A stretch of 64,000 bases of DNA from an uncultured Pseudomonadota bacterium (GCA_963749075.1 CAVVLJ010000020.1:544001-608000); one strand, 5' to 3'; shown: positions 19,279 through 29,155, counted from the stretch's first letter. Notes: generated by a model not told the origin, from the letters alone. Made by a program: numbers and translations.

Positions 19279-20673
19279 ATGCCAGACGCGACGGGAACGC
19301 GCACCATCGGCAGCGAGGGCCACGGCGGGCCGGTCCATGCCTTCTATCTCAAGAAGGGCACGCCGCGGCGCCCGGTGATCGCCCGCGCCGAGGGCATCCA
19401 TATGTGGGACAGCGAGGGCAAGCGCTACATCGACGCCTCCTCGGGCCCGGTGGTGAGCAACCTCGGCCATGGCAACAAGCGCGTGCTCGCGGCCATGCTG
19501 GCGCAGGCCGGGAAGGCCGTCTTCGCCTCCCGCACGGCCTTCGAGAGCGAGGCCAACGTCGAGCTCGCGGACCTCGTGACCGGTCTCGCGGGGCCGGGCC
19601 TCGAGCGCGCTTTCTTCGTCTCCGGCGGCTCCGAGGCGACGGAGAGCGCCTTGAAGCTCGCGCGTCAATATGCCGTAGCCGTGGGCGAGGCGTCGCGCTG
19701 GAAGGTGATCGGCCGCGACCCAGGCTATCACGGCAGCACGCTCGGAGCGCTTGCCGTCACCGGCGATCCGGTCTCCGAGGCGGTCTTCGGCCCGATGATG
19801 AAGGCGATGCCCAAGGTGCCGGCGCCCTTCACCTACCGCCTGCCGCCCAACCACGACCCGCTCTCCTATGCCCGCCATTGCGCCGCGGCCGTCGAGGAAA
19901 CCATCCGCCGCGAGGGGCCGGAGAGCGTCCTCGCCTTCATCATGGAGCCGGTCGGGGGACTTGCGACCGGCGCCCTCGTCGCCCCCGACGTCTACTACGA
20001 CACCGTGCGCGAGATCTGCAACCGCTACGGCGTGCTCCTCATCTACGACGAGGTGATGAGCGGCGCCGGGCGCACCGGCAAGTTCCTCGCGGCCGAGCAT
20101 TGGCCCGCGGCGCGGCCCGACATGGTGACGCTCGCCAAGGGGATCGCCGCCGGCTACACGCCCATGGGGGCACTCTTGGCGCCCGACCGCATGGTCGAGC
20201 GCGTGGCGGCCGCGGGCGGCTTCCTCCACGGCCACACCTATCTCACCAACCCGCTCTCCTGCGCCGTCGGCGTGGCCGTGGTGCGCGAGATGATCGAGCA
20301 CGAGCTCATGGCGAACGCCGCGCGCATGGGAGCGCTTCTGCTGGAGCGGCTCGAGGGGCTCCAGGCGAAGAGCGCCATCTTGGGCGACGTGCGCGGCAAG
20401 GGCCTCTTGATGGCGATCGAGATCGTCACCGACAAGGAGACCAAGGCCGTGCCGCCGGCCGAGCTCATGGCCGTCTATCGCATCATGGATCTCGCGGCCA
20501 AGCGCGGCCTCCTCCTCTATTCGCGGCGCACGGCGGACGGCAAGTACGGCGAGTGGCTCATGATCGCCCCGCCGCTCATCGTGAGCGCCGCCGAGATCGA
20601 GGAGATCGTCGAGTTGCTCGGCGCCGCACTCGCCGACTACGAGGCGGAGCTGCGCGAGGCCAAGGTGATTTGA
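19279..20673 (+). CDS. Class III PLP aminotransferase
   Basis: YIDASSG, SGGSEA.E, YHGSTLG, DEVMSGAGRTG, AKGI, HGHTY. Confidence 0.9.
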   Translation: MPDATGTRTIGSEGHGGPVHAFYLKKGTPRRPVIARAEGIHMWDSEGKRYIDASSGPVVSNLGHGNKRVLAAMLAQAGKAVFASRTAFESEANVELADLVTGLAGPGLERAFFVSGGSEATESALKLARQYAVAVGEASRWKVIGRDPGYHGSTLGALAVTGDPVSEAVFGPMMKAMPKVPAPFTYRLPPNHDPLSYARHCAAAVEETIRREGPESVLAFIMEPVGGLATGALVAPDVYYDTVREICNRYGVLLIYDEVMSGAGRTGKFLAAEHWPAARPDMVTLAKGIAAGYTPMGALLAPDRMVERVAAAGGFLHGHTYLTNPLSCAVGVAVVREMIEHELMANAARMGALLLERLEGLQAKSAILGDVRGKGLLMAIEIVTDKETKAVPPAELMAVYRIMDLAAKRGLLLYSRRTADGKYGEWLMIAPPLIVSAAEIEEIVELLGAALADYEAELREAKVI

Positions 20674-20697
20674 GGGCCCTGGATTTGAGCGTCCATA

Positions 20698-20800
20698 CCT
20701 ACCCCCCCAACCCTCCCCCTCAAGGGGGGAGGGGGCTCATTTGCGCGTGTCCCTAAAATTCCCCTCCCCCCTTGAGGGGAAGGGTAGGGAGGGGGGTGCG
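20698..20800. repeat. Inverted doublet of the CCCTCCCCCTCAAGGGGGGAGGGG element
   Basis: Arms 20701-20735 and 20761-20797 around an AT-richer spacer; inverted copy at 43356-43465. Confidence 0.88.
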
Positions 20801-20841
20801 TGCAGGCGAGGCTCGGAGCGAGAAGCGATTCGGGCGGGCGC

Positions 20842-22017
20842 ATGTCCTATCGCGTGAACAAGCTGGTGCAGAACGTGGCGGCGCCGCCGATCGCGGAGGC
20901 GCACGGCTGGGTGGCGGGGCGCAGCTTCCCCGCCGAGAGGCCGCTCCTCGACCTCTGCCAGGCGGTGCCGAGCTATCCGCCCGCGGAAGCGCTTCAGGCC
21001 CACGTGGCCGAGCTCGCGCGGTTGCCCGAGACCTCGACCTACACGCCGATCCTGGGCCTCCCCCATCTCCGCGCCAAGCTCGCCCGGCGCATGAGCGCCA
21101 ATTACGGCGCCGAGATCGCCGCCGGGCGGGTGGCCATCACCGCCGGCTGCAACCAGGCCTTCTGCGTGGCACTCTCGGCCCTTGCCCGCGCCGGCGACGA
21201 GGTGCTGCTGCCGCTCCCCTACTATTTCAATTACCAGATGTGGCTTGAGATCACCGGCGTGCGCGCCGTCCACCTGCCCTGCCGCGAGGAACGCGGCGCC
21301 ATGCCCACGCCGGAGGACGCGGCGCGGCTGGTGAGCGACAGGACGCGGGCCATTGTCCTCGTCACGCCGAACAACCCGACCGGCGCCATCTATCCGCCCG
21401 GGCTCATCGAGGCCTTTTTCGAGCTCGCGCGCAAGCGAGGCCTGGCGCTCGTCCTCGACGAGACCTACCGCGACTTCCGCGAGGAGGCAGCGCCGCCTCA
21501 CGGCCTCTTCGGCAAGCCGGGCTGGGAGGACACGCTCGTCCAGCTCTACAGCTTCTCGAAGGTCTATGCCCTGACCGGCTATCGCGTGGGCGCCATGATC
21601 GCCGGTCCGCACCTCGTCGAGGAGGTCGCCAAGATCATGGATTGCATCGCCATCTGCGCGCCGCGCATCGGCCAGGAGGCGGCGGCCTTCGGCCTCGACC
21701 ATCTGGAGGGCTGGCAGCGCGAGAAGTGCGCCATGATCGCGGGCCGGCTCGCGGCGCTGCGCGGCATCTTCGCCGACAACCGCCTCGCCTACCGGCTGGT
21801 GAGCTCGGGCGCCTATTTCGCCTATGTGCGCCATCCCTTCGACGGCACGCCCGCGGCCGCGGTGGCGCGGCGGCTTGCTGAGGAGGAGAATCTCCTGGCA
21901 CTCCCCGGCACCATGTTCGGGCCGGGCGAGGAGCCCTATCTGAGGCTCGCCTTCGCCAACCTCGATGCGGCCCTCATGCCGGAGGTCGGCCGCCGGCTCC
22001 TCGCCAGCCAGGGCTGA
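20842..22017 (+). CDS. Class I/II PLP aminotransferase
   Basis: VTPNNPTG, LDETY.DF, SFSKVYALTGYRVG. Confidence 0.9.
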   Translation: MSYRVNKLVQNVAAPPIAEAHGWVAGRSFPAERPLLDLCQAVPSYPPAEALQAHVAELARLPETSTYTPILGLPHLRAKLARRMSANYGAEIAAGRVAITAGCNQAFCVALSALARAGDEVLLPLPYYFNYQMWLEITGVRAVHLPCREERGAMPTPEDAARLVSDRTRAIVLVTPNNPTGAIYPPGLIEAFFELARKRGLALVLDETYRDFREEAAPPHGLFGKPGWEDTLVQLYSFSKVYALTGYRVGAMIAGPHLVEEVAKIMDCIAICAPRIGQEAAAFGLDHLEGWQREKCAMIAGRLAALRGIFADNRLAYRLVSSGAYFAYVRHPFDGTPAAAVARRLAEEENLLALPGTMFGPGEEPYLRLAFANLDAALMPEVGRRLLASQG

Positions 22018-22025
22018 CGCCCGCC

Positions 22026-23387
22026 ATGGCGGGTGCGAGCGCCTCCATCGCCATCGTGGGCAGCGGGCCGTCTGGCTTCTATGCGGCGGATGCGCTCTTG
22101 CGCAAGTTGCCCGACTGCCGCATCGACATCATCGAGCGGCTGCCGAACCCTTATGGCCTGGTGCGCGCCGGCGTCGCCCCCGACCATCAGAGCACCAAGG
22201 CGGTGCAGCGCGTCTTCGAGCGCACGGCGACGCGGCCGGGCGTGCGCTTCCTCGGCGCGGTCGAGGCCGGCCGCGACGTGAGCACCGACGAGCTCAGGGC
22301 CGCTTACGACGCGGTGGTGATCGCCATCGGCTGCCCCGTGGACCGCCGCCTCGGCATTCCGGGCGAGGGGCTCCGCGGCGTCTACGGCTCCTGGTCCTTC
22401 GTCGGCTGGCTGAACGGCCATCCCTCGTTCCGCGATCTCGAGCCCGATCTCCAAGGTCCTGCCGTCGCCGTGATCGGCAACGGCAACGTCGCCATCGATT
22501 GCGTGCGCGTGCTGGCGAAGACGCCGGCCGAGATGGCCAAGTCGGACCTCTGCCGCCACGCCGCCGAGAGGCTTGCCGCGGCACCGCTCGAGCGGCTCTA
22601 TCTCATCGGCCGGCGCGGGCCGCTCGAGGCGAGCTTCACGCCCGTCGAGCTCGCCGAGCTGGGCGAGCTCGAGCGCGCCGTGCCGCTCCTCGACGGCGCC
22701 GCCCTCGAGCGCGACATCGCCGCCGCCGGGCCGGAAGCGCTCAAGGCGAAGGAGAAGGTGCTGGCGACGCTCCGCCGCTTCGCCGGGAACAAGCCGGGCC
22801 TGAAGCCGCTCGAGCTCCATCTCCTCTTCTGGTCGGCGCCGCAAGCGATCCTCGGGGAGACGCGCGTCGAGGGCCTGCGGCTCGCCTCGACCGGGCCGGG
22901 CGCGGGCGAGAGGCGCGAGCTCGCGGTCTCGACGGTGATCACCGCCATCGGCTATGCGACCGCACCCCTGGCCGGCCTGCCGCTCGATGCGCTGCGCGGC
23001 ATCGTGCGCAACGAGGGGGGCCGCGTCGAGCCGGGCGTCTACGCGGTCGGCTGGGCGAAGCGCGGCCCTTCGGGCACGATCCCCACCAACCGCGCCGACT
23101 CCCTGGCGGTGGCGGAGCTCATCGCCGCGGACCTCACTCTCCTCGGCCGGCGCAAGCCCGGCCCCGCCGCCCTCGACGCCCTGCTCGCGAGCCGCGGCGT
23201 CCGCCCCGTGAGCTTCGCGGACTGGCAGTGCCTCAACGCGGCCGAGGTGGCGCGCGCCGCACCCGGCCGGCCGCGCGAGAAATTCACCCGCATCGCAGAG
23301 ATGCTTGCCGTGCTTGACGAAGCTGCTCCGGCAACGGCAAATGCGGCAGCGCGCGAGGCGGTCCCGAGCCAGGAGAGCGAGCCATGA
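22026..23387 (+). CDS. Ferredoxin-NADP+ reductase (adrenodoxin reductase/FprA type)
   Basis: GSGPSGFYAA, GLVRAGVAPDH, IGNGNVAID, GRRGP, GWAKRGPSG. Confidence 0.88.
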   Translation: MAGASASIAIVGSGPSGFYAADALLRKLPDCRIDIIERLPNPYGLVRAGVAPDHQSTKAVQRVFERTATRPGVRFLGAVEAGRDVSTDELRAAYDAVVIAIGCPVDRRLGIPGEGLRGVYGSWSFVGWLNGHPSFRDLEPDLQGPAVAVIGNGNVAIDCVRVLAKTPAEMAKSDLCRHAAERLAAAPLERLYLIGRRGPLEASFTPVELAELGELERAVPLLDGAALERDIAAAGPEALKAKEKVLATLRRFAGNKPGLKPLELHLLFWSAPQAILGETRVEGLRLASTGPGAGERRELAVSTVITAIGYATAPLAGLPLDALRGIVRNEGGRVEPGVYAVGWAKRGPSGTIPTNRADSLAVAELIAADLTLLGRRKPGPAALDALLASRGVRPVSFADWQCLNAAEVARAAPGRPREKFTRIAEMLAVLDEAAPATANAAAREAVPSQESEP

Positions 23388-23785
23388 AGCCTGTCGCGAT
23401 CGGCCAGAGCCACACCGAGCGCATCGAGACGAACGACAGCCACACGGCGGCCCATTACGGCAACAAGGGCGTGGCGGTGGTGGCAACGCCGGTCCTCATC
23501 GGCTTCCTCGAGACGGCGGCCTTGGAGTGCCTGCGGCCGAGCTACGAGGCGGGCGAGGGCTCGGTCGGCGTCTTCGTCAACGTGCGCCATCTCGCGGCGG
23601 CACTCCCCGGCAGCATCGTCGAGGCCAACGCCACGGTCACCGCGGTCAAGGGCAAAGAGGTCGAGTTCGCGGTCTCGGCGAGTGCGGGCGGCAAGCTCCT
23701 CATGGAGGGCAGTCACGGCCGCGCCGTCGTCGACCTGGCGCGCTTCTTCAAGCACCTCGGCGTCAAGCCGCCCGCGGGCGCTTGA
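23384..23785 (+). CDS. FlK-like hotdog thioesterase
   Basis: VVATP.LIGFLE, SVG..VNVRHLAA, G.HGRAVV. Confidence 0.82.
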   Translation: MKPVAIGQSHTERIETNDSHTAAHYGNKGVAVVATPVLIGFLETAALECLRPSYEAGEGSVGVFVNVRHLAAALPGSIVEANATVTAVKGKEVEFAVSASAGGKLLMEGSHGRAVVDLARFFKHLGVKPPAGA

Positions 23786-23799
23786 GCGGATAAGGCTGG

Positions 23800-23903
23800 C
23801 TAGAGCGTTTCCCGATCACGTGGGATCGGGAAACGCTCTAAATTATATGGTTCGACGAGCAAATCCCGATCCGGTGATTCGACCGGATCGGGATTTGCTC
23901 TAG
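23800..23903. mobile_element. CTAG-bounded MITE-like element with two hairpins
   Basis: Starts CTAGAGC and ends GCTCTAG; arms TAGAGCGTTTCCCGATC/GATCGGGAAACGCTCTA and GAGCAAATCCCGATCCGG/CCGGATCGGGATTTGCTC. Confidence 0.75.
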
Positions 23904-24921
23904 TGCCGCCGAGCTGGCCTTCGAGAGCCGCGAAAGGAAGCGGTGCGCCTCGCACCCAGGCGCCCACGTCGATCTCGGTCGGCGTCGCGTCGCCGCCGAT
24001 GCCGACGAGGAGGCGGCGCTTGGCCGGCTCGGCGACGAGCGTGTGGAGCGTGCCGGCGCCCTTGGCATAGGCGTGGAAGAAGGCGGGCGAGCGCGAATCG
24101 TTGAGCGCGCGGTAGAGATCGTCCGCGCTCATCGTCCGTGCCGCCCAGGCTTCGAGCGGCGGCAGGCGCTTCCGCGACGGCCGGGTGACCCGCCGGTTGA
24201 AGCGCTGCATGGCGGGCGATTGGAAATGATTGGTGCAGGCGAGCCAATCGCCCTGGCGCACCGCGACGGCACCAGGGGCCGCCTCGACGACCGCCGCCTC
24301 GCCCGCGGCGTCGAGCAGCGAATAATTGAAGCCGAGCCCGTGCGGCAGGCGGCGCAGCAAGGCGAGCGCTTGCCGCGTGTCGGCGCACTGGTCGAGCACC
24401 ATGCGCACGATGAGGATTGAGACGAGGCCGGGCTGCCATGTCCTCTGGTTGACCATATGAAGCCCGACGGCGAGCCCGCTCTCGTTCATGCCGTCGAGCC
24501 GGCCGGTGAAGCGGTCCGCGAAGCCGATCGAGGCGTGAACACCCTGCGGCTGGATCGCCATCATCGTGCGGTCGTAGCGGCTCGCGCCGAAGTCGTAGTT
24601 GCGCGCGTAGATGCCGCCCGACATCACCGCCGAGCAGCCGCGCCTGGGATAGCGCAGCCGGCCGTTCGAGAACTCGGCGACGGCGCGCTCGAGGGGCACT
24701 GCAAGGCCGTCCGCGATGCCGTGGAGCTCCTCCCAGATATTGGGCGCCCAAGCTCCGAGTGCCGCCTCCGCGTTCTTGAGGCTGAAGGCGAAGGGGCGGC
24801 GCGGGCGGCGCCGTGCAAAGGCGCGCCCGCGTGGCGTCTTGAGGAAGGCTAGGGCGAGCCCGCGGCCGACCTCGTAAGGTGTCCCGCGGGCCTCGAGCAC
24901 GTCCACGCGGAAGGGCTTCAT
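23800..24921 (-). CDS. C45 family Ntn-hydrolase/acyltransferase
   Basis: GCSAV nucleophile, ARNYDF, DGMNESGL, CTNHF; the last ~33 codons lie inside the MITE. Confidence 0.82.
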   Translation of the reverse strand: MKPFRVDVLEARGTPYEVGRGLALAFLKTPRGRAFARRRPRRPFAFSLKNAEAALGAWAPNIWEELHGIADGLAVPLERAVAEFSNGRLRYPRRGCSAVMSGGIYARNYDFGASRYDRTMMAIQPQGVHASIGFADRFTGRLDGMNESGLAVGLHMVNQRTWQPGLVSILIVRMVLDQCADTRQALALLRRLPHGLGFNYSLLDAAGEAAVVEAAPGAVAVRQGDWLACTNHFQSPAMQRFNRRVTRPSRKRLPPLEAWAARTMSADDLYRALNDSRSPAFFHAYAKGAGTLHTLVAEPAKRRLLVGIGGDATPTEIDVGAWVRGAPLPFAALEGQLGGTRANPDPVESPDRDLLVEPYNLERFPIPRDRETL

Positions 24922-24953
24922 CTTCGCCTCTACTTTTTTGGCCGCAGAAAACA

Positions 24954-25055
24954 CCCTCACCCCGACCCTCGATCCGCTTCGCGGCTCGAGCCCTCTAAAG
25001 AGGGAGAGGGGGAAGCTCCCCCTCTCCTCCTTTAGGAGGAGAGGGTAGGGTGAGG
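24954..25055. repeat. Degenerate doublet of the CCCTCACCC/GGGAGAGGG element family
   Basis: CCCTCACCCCGACCCTC...GAGGGAGAGGGG and inverted CCCCTCTCC...GAGGGTAGGGTGAGG. Confidence 0.75.
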
Positions 25056-25071
25056 AGGCGGTCGCATCAGC

Positions 25072-26583
25072 TTACCCCCGCACCATCTCCCTGAGCCGGT
25101 ATTTGAGCACCTTGCCCATGGCGTTCCTCGGCAGCGCTTCCACGAAGACCACGTCGTGGGGGTGCTTGAAGCGCGCGAGGCGGCCGGCGAAGAGGGCGAG
25201 CACCCGCTCGGCCGTGAGCGCCGCGTCCGGCCGCGGGACGACGACGGCGATGGGAACCTCGCCCCAGCGCTCGTGCGGGCGCGCCACCACGGCGGCATCG
25301 GCGATCTCCGGAGAGGCATGCAGCACGGCCTCGAGCTCGGCCGGATAGATGTTCTCGCTGCCCGAGATGATGACGTTGCCCTTGCGCTCGTCCACGTAGA
25401 AGTTGCCGGCCGCGTCGCGATGGCCGATGTCGCCCGTATGGAACCAGCCGTCCGCGAGTGCCGCGGCCGTCGCCGCCGGATCGCCCCAATATTCGCGCAT
25501 CACGTTCGGCCCGCGCACGAGGATCTCGCCGCGTTCGCCCGGTGCCGCCTCGCGGCCGTCGGGTGCGGCGATCAGCGCCTCGCAATGGAGCGCCGGCTTC
25601 CCCGTCGAGCCCACGCTTCCGAAGGCGTCGGCGATGCGCTGGTGCACGGCGATGGGCGCCGTCTCGGTCGAGCCGTAGACCTGGATCATGGGCACGCCGC
25701 GCGCCTGCCAGGCCGCGATAAGCGGCAGCGGCACGATGGTCGAGCCCGTGGTCACCGCGCGCAGCGAGCCGAGCGGCAGCTCCGTCCAGCCGGCGTGCTC
25801 GATGAAGGCCTTGAGCTGGGCGGGCACCAGCACGGTGAGCGTGGGCTTCTCTAGGGCGATCGCGCGCATCGCGGGCTCGAGCTCGAAGCGGCGGTGGAGG
25901 ATCACCGAGGCGCCGGCATGGAGGGCGGGCAAGGTCTGGATGTTGAGCCCGCCCACGTGGAACATGGGGAGCGTGGTGAGGATCACGTCGTCGCTTACAA
26001 GGTCGTGCATGGCGGCCGAGTTGACCGCGTTCCACAGAAGTGCCGACTGGGTGAGCACGGCACCCTTGGGCCTGCCGGTGGTGCCCGCGGTGTAGACGAC
26101 GAGGAGCGGGCTCTCGAGGCCGTCGTGGGCGTTGCGGCCGTCGCCCCCGGCCGCGGCCATGAGCTCGCCGTAGGAGAGCCAGCCGGGTGCGGCGGCTGCG
26201 AAGGCGACGAAGCGGCAATCGGGCAGCGTCGCGCGCAGCGTCTCCGCGTGGGCGAGGAATTCGGGCTCGACGAGGAGGATGGAGGCGCCCGCGTCGCCGA
26301 GGATGTAGCGATGCTCGGGTGCCGCGAGCCGCCAGTTGAGCGGTGTTAAGAGCGCCCCCAGCCGCGCGCAGGCGAAGAGGAGGGTCAGGAACTCGACGCT
26401 GTTGTAGCCGAGGAAGGCGATGCGGTCGCCGCGCTCGACGCCGAGCCCGTCCTTGAGCAGCCGCGCGGCCGCGGCGATGCGCGCGGCGAGGGCGGCGTAG
26501 CTCCACGCCTCGCCCGCGAAGCGGATCGCGGTCTTGCCGCCTGCGAAGGCGGCCCAGCGCTCGATCCATTGGGAGATGTCCAT
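25072..26583 (-). CDS. AMP-dependent acyl-CoA ligase
   Basis: YTAGTTGRPKG, YGSTET, WFHTGDIG, PRNAMGKVLK. Confidence 0.9.
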   Translation of the reverse strand: MDISQWIERWAAFAGGKTAIRFAGEAWSYAALAARIAAAARLLKDGLGVERGDRIAFLGYNSVEFLTLLFACARLGALLTPLNWRLAAPEHRYILGDAGASILLVEPEFLAHAETLRATLPDCRFVAFAAAAPGWLSYGELMAAAGGDGRNAHDGLESPLLVVYTAGTTGRPKGAVLTQSALLWNAVNSAAMHDLVSDDVILTTLPMFHVGGLNIQTLPALHAGASVILHRRFELEPAMRAIALEKPTLTVLVPAQLKAFIEHAGWTELPLGSLRAVTTGSTIVPLPLIAAWQARGVPMIQVYGSTETAPIAVHQRIADAFGSVGSTGKPALHCEALIAAPDGREAAPGERGEILVRGPNVMREYWGDPAATAAALADGWFHTGDIGHRDAAGNFYVDERKGNVIISGSENIYPAELEAVLHASPEIADAAVVARPHERWGEVPIAVVVPRPDAALTAERVLALFAGRLARFKHPHDVVFVEALPRNAMGKVLKYRLREMVRG

Positions 26584-26595
26584 GGGGTGCAGCGC

Positions 26596-27825
26596 CTACT
26601 CGTCCTTTTCGCCGGCCTCGTAGAGCGCTTCGCGGCCGATGCGGTCGAGGCAGAGCTCCGCCGTCCAGGGCAGCATGAGCGAGCCGCAGCGGCTGTCGCG
26701 ATAGAGGCGCTCGAGGGGCAGCGACTTGAGCATGGACTGGCCGCCGCAGGTGCGGATGGCAAGCCGGCAGAGGTCGTTGGCGTTCTCCATGATGGTGAAC
26801 TGCGCGGCATAGGCCCTGAGCCGCTCGCTCTTCGAGGGGTCGACGTGCGCCTCGCGGATCGCCTGGCGGAAGAGCGCCCAGGTCTGCTGCAGCTTGACGA
26901 ACATCTCGGCCACGGCGATCTGCTTGGTCGGATACATGCGGCGCTTGACGCCCATGCCCTCGACCTCGCCGCGCAGGTAGGCGCGCGTGAAGTCGTAGGC
27001 GGCCTGTGCGATCCCCATGTAGGTGGGCGCGAGCGTCAAGAACATATGCGGCCAGCGCGAGGCGGCCTGGTAATAGATGCCGCGCGGCAGGAGCTCGGCC
27101 TCCTCGGGCACGGCCACGTCCTCGAGGAGGAGAGTGCGCGACACCGTGGCGCGCATGCCGAGCGGGTCCCAGGGGCCCACGACCGAGACGCCCGCCGCCT
27201 TGGCGGGCACCGCGAGATAGAGGGTGTCGCGGAGCGAGCGCTCGTGCTTGTCCTCGCTGCAGAGCACGCCGTAGTAATCGGCGGCACCCGAGAGGGAGGC
27301 GAAGATCTTCTTTCCCTGGAGGCGCCAGCCGCCCGCCGTGCGCGTGGCAAGCGTGCCGAAGGGCGCTCTGCCCGCTGCCGCCGCACTTCCTTCCGAGAAG
27401 GGCTGGGCATAGAGGGCGCCCTCGGCGACGATGCGGCGGTAATGGAGGCGGCGGTGGGTCTCGTGGCGCGCGCGCTCGTCTGCCGTCATGTCGAGATCGT
27501 TGGCCAGCGCCCCGCTCCACAGGGCCGAGCAGGCGTGCATGTTGAAGGTGAGCGCCGTCGCCCCGCAGAAGCGCGCGAGCTCGGCCGAGACGAGACAATA
27601 GGTCTCGAAATCGGCACCGAGACCGCCATAGGCCTCGGGCACCGCGAGCCCGAGGAGGCCCGACTTGCGCAGCTCGCCGTAGTTCTCGAAGGGAAAGGCG
27701 GCCTCGCGGTCGTAGCGCTCGGCGCGCGCAGCGAAGCCGGGCCCGAGCTTGCGCACGGCTTGGATGAGCGCCGCCTGCCTGCCGCTCACGCGGCCGGCCT
27801 CGGGCAAGAAGGCGTCGTCGGCCAC
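26596..27825 (-). CDS. Acyl-CoA dehydrogenase-fold protein (possibly a flavin-dependent monooxygenase)
   Basis: QPFSE, GKKIFASLSG, WDPLGMRATVS, LERLYRDSRCG; GTG start estimated. Confidence 0.82.
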   Translation of the reverse strand: MADDAFLPEAGRVSGRQAALIQAVRKLGPGFAARAERYDREAAFPFENYGELRKSGLLGLAVPEAYGGLGADFETYCLVSAELARFCGATALTFNMHACSALWSGALANDLDMTADERARHETHRRLHYRRIVAEGALYAQPFSEGSAAAAGRAPFGTLATRTAGGWRLQGKKIFASLSGAADYYGVLCSEDKHERSLRDTLYLAVPAKAAGVSVVGPWDPLGMRATVSRTLLLEDVAVPEEAELLPRGIYYQAASRWPHMFLTLAPTYMGIAQAAYDFTRAYLRGEVEGMGVKRRMYPTKQIAVAEMFVKLQQTWALFRQAIREAHVDPSKSERLRAYAAQFTIMENANDLCRLAIRTCGGQSMLKSLPLERLYRDSRCGSLMLPWTAELCLDRIGREALYEAGEKDE

Positions 27826-27836
27826 AGCCGGCCGCC

Positions 27837-28883
27837 TCAGGCGAGTGGGGGCTGGAGCGCCCCCTTGACCACGACGGGCCGGCCGTCGAGCTCGACCGTG
27901 CAATTGCGCAAAGGGAGGTCGAAATGGCCGAGCGTGTGGCGCCCGGCGGCCTCGTTGGCGCCGGTCGAATAGAGGAAGTTGCCGGCAAAGGCGCGCAGCT
28001 CGGTGCCGTTCACGTCGCGCTTGTCGTAAAGCGCCAGCGCTTCCCAGCGGGCGCGCGGGTTCATACCCCAGCCGACGTGGGAGGTGGCGTAGGCGTCGCG
28101 CTCGCCCCAGGCGGCGATGTAGCTGCGCATGAGCTCGGCGTCGAGGCCGTCGCCCGCGATCTCCGTCACATAGTCGTCGGCGATGGTGAGGCGCACGGCG
28201 CTCTCGAGGTAGCGCTTGAAGGTGAGGTTGGCGTCGCCGCGGTCCAGCACGAGGGTGCCGTTGACCGTGCCCTTCCTCGGGAAGCACAGCACGAGGCCGC
28301 CCGGCCAATGGGCGACCTGCCCGGGCTTCGCGCAAAAGCCCCAGACGCCGCCCGTGGGCGCCCCCTCGACCTCGACCGCGAGGTCGCTCCCCGCAGCCGA
28401 GCGCACGGTCATGCGCTTCGCCGCGCGCAAGAGCCTGATGCCCTCGCGCACCTTGCCCTCCGAGGCGGGGTCGGGCAGCAGGCGCTCGAGCACCTCGGGA
28501 TGCTCGTTGCTCACCATGAGGAGGCGGGCGCCGCGTTTAAGGATCTCGGGCAGCTCCGGCGCATGCAGCATGCCCTCGACCGTGAGGTCGATGACGAGGT
28601 GCGATGCGGCGAGCGCCGCGAGCGCCGGCTCGAGCCCTTGCAGCGCGTCGGAGGCGCCCGTCGAGCGCACCGGCACCGGGGCGGCTTGCGCCGGCGTGGG
28701 GAGGACGAGGTGGAAGGTCCGCGCGCCCAGGCGCAAGGCGGCAAGCTCGGCGAGCGCCACGTTGAGCGGCCGCGACTGGCTTTCCGAGAGGATGGCGGCC
28801 GTCTCGCCCGGTGCGAGCTTGCAGAGGGCGAAGACCCGCGCAAAGCTCTCGATCCACTTGCCCTCGATGCGATCGTCGCGCAC
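27837..28883 (-). CDS. NicX-like (2,5-dihydroxypyridine 5,6-dioxygenase / peptidase M29-like) protein
   Basis: AHWPGGLV, SHVGWGMN, ELRAFAGNFLYSTG, GRHT.GHFD metal-ligand pattern; alternative ATG at 28913. Confidence 0.75.
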   Translation of the reverse strand: MRDDRIEGKWIESFARVFALCKLAPGETAAILSESQSRPLNVALAELAALRLGARTFHLVLPTPAQAAPVPVRSTGASDALQGLEPALAALAASHLVIDLTVEGMLHAPELPEILKRGARLLMVSNEHPEVLERLLPDPASEGKVREGIRLLRAAKRMTVRSAAGSDLAVEVEGAPTGGVWGFCAKPGQVAHWPGGLVLCFPRKGTVNGTLVLDRGDANLTFKRYLESAVRLTIADDYVTEIAGDGLDAELMRSYIAAWGERDAYATSHVGWGMNPRARWEALALYDKRDVNGTELRAFAGNFLYSTGANEAAGRHTLGHFDLPLRNCTVELDGRPVVVKGALQPPLA

Positions 28884-28965
28884 GCGCGTCCCGCTCTCCG
28901 TTGGGAAGGGCATTTTTGGCGCCCGTCCGATCCCCGTGCCTCGGTTCCGACACGTCATCCCCTCT

Positions 28966-29083
28966 TCGTCATGCCCGCGAAAGCGGGCATCCAGTGCTGC
29001 GACAGATGGATTCCGGCTCTCCGCTTCGCGGAGCCTGTCCCCAGGCCGGCCCTACGGCCGGACCCGGGGGGCCGGAATGACGA
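28966..29083. repeat. CGTC-ended composite palindromic element
   Basis: TCGTCATGCCCGCGAAAGCGGGCATCCA ... TGGATTCCGG...CCGGAATGACGA with a nested GGCCG/CGGCC hairpin. Confidence 0.8.
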
Positions 29084-29127
29084 CCCCGGGGTCCGAATAA
29101 AGTACCGAGGACAATAGACTAGCACAG

Positions 29128-29155
29128 AAAATTTATATGAAAAGGCATAGATTTT
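29128..29155. promoter_or_regulatory. Candidate operator in the divergent promoter region
   Basis: AT-rich imperfect inverted repeat AAAATTTAT-N10-ATAGATTTT upstream of the MarR fusion gene. Confidence 0.4.
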
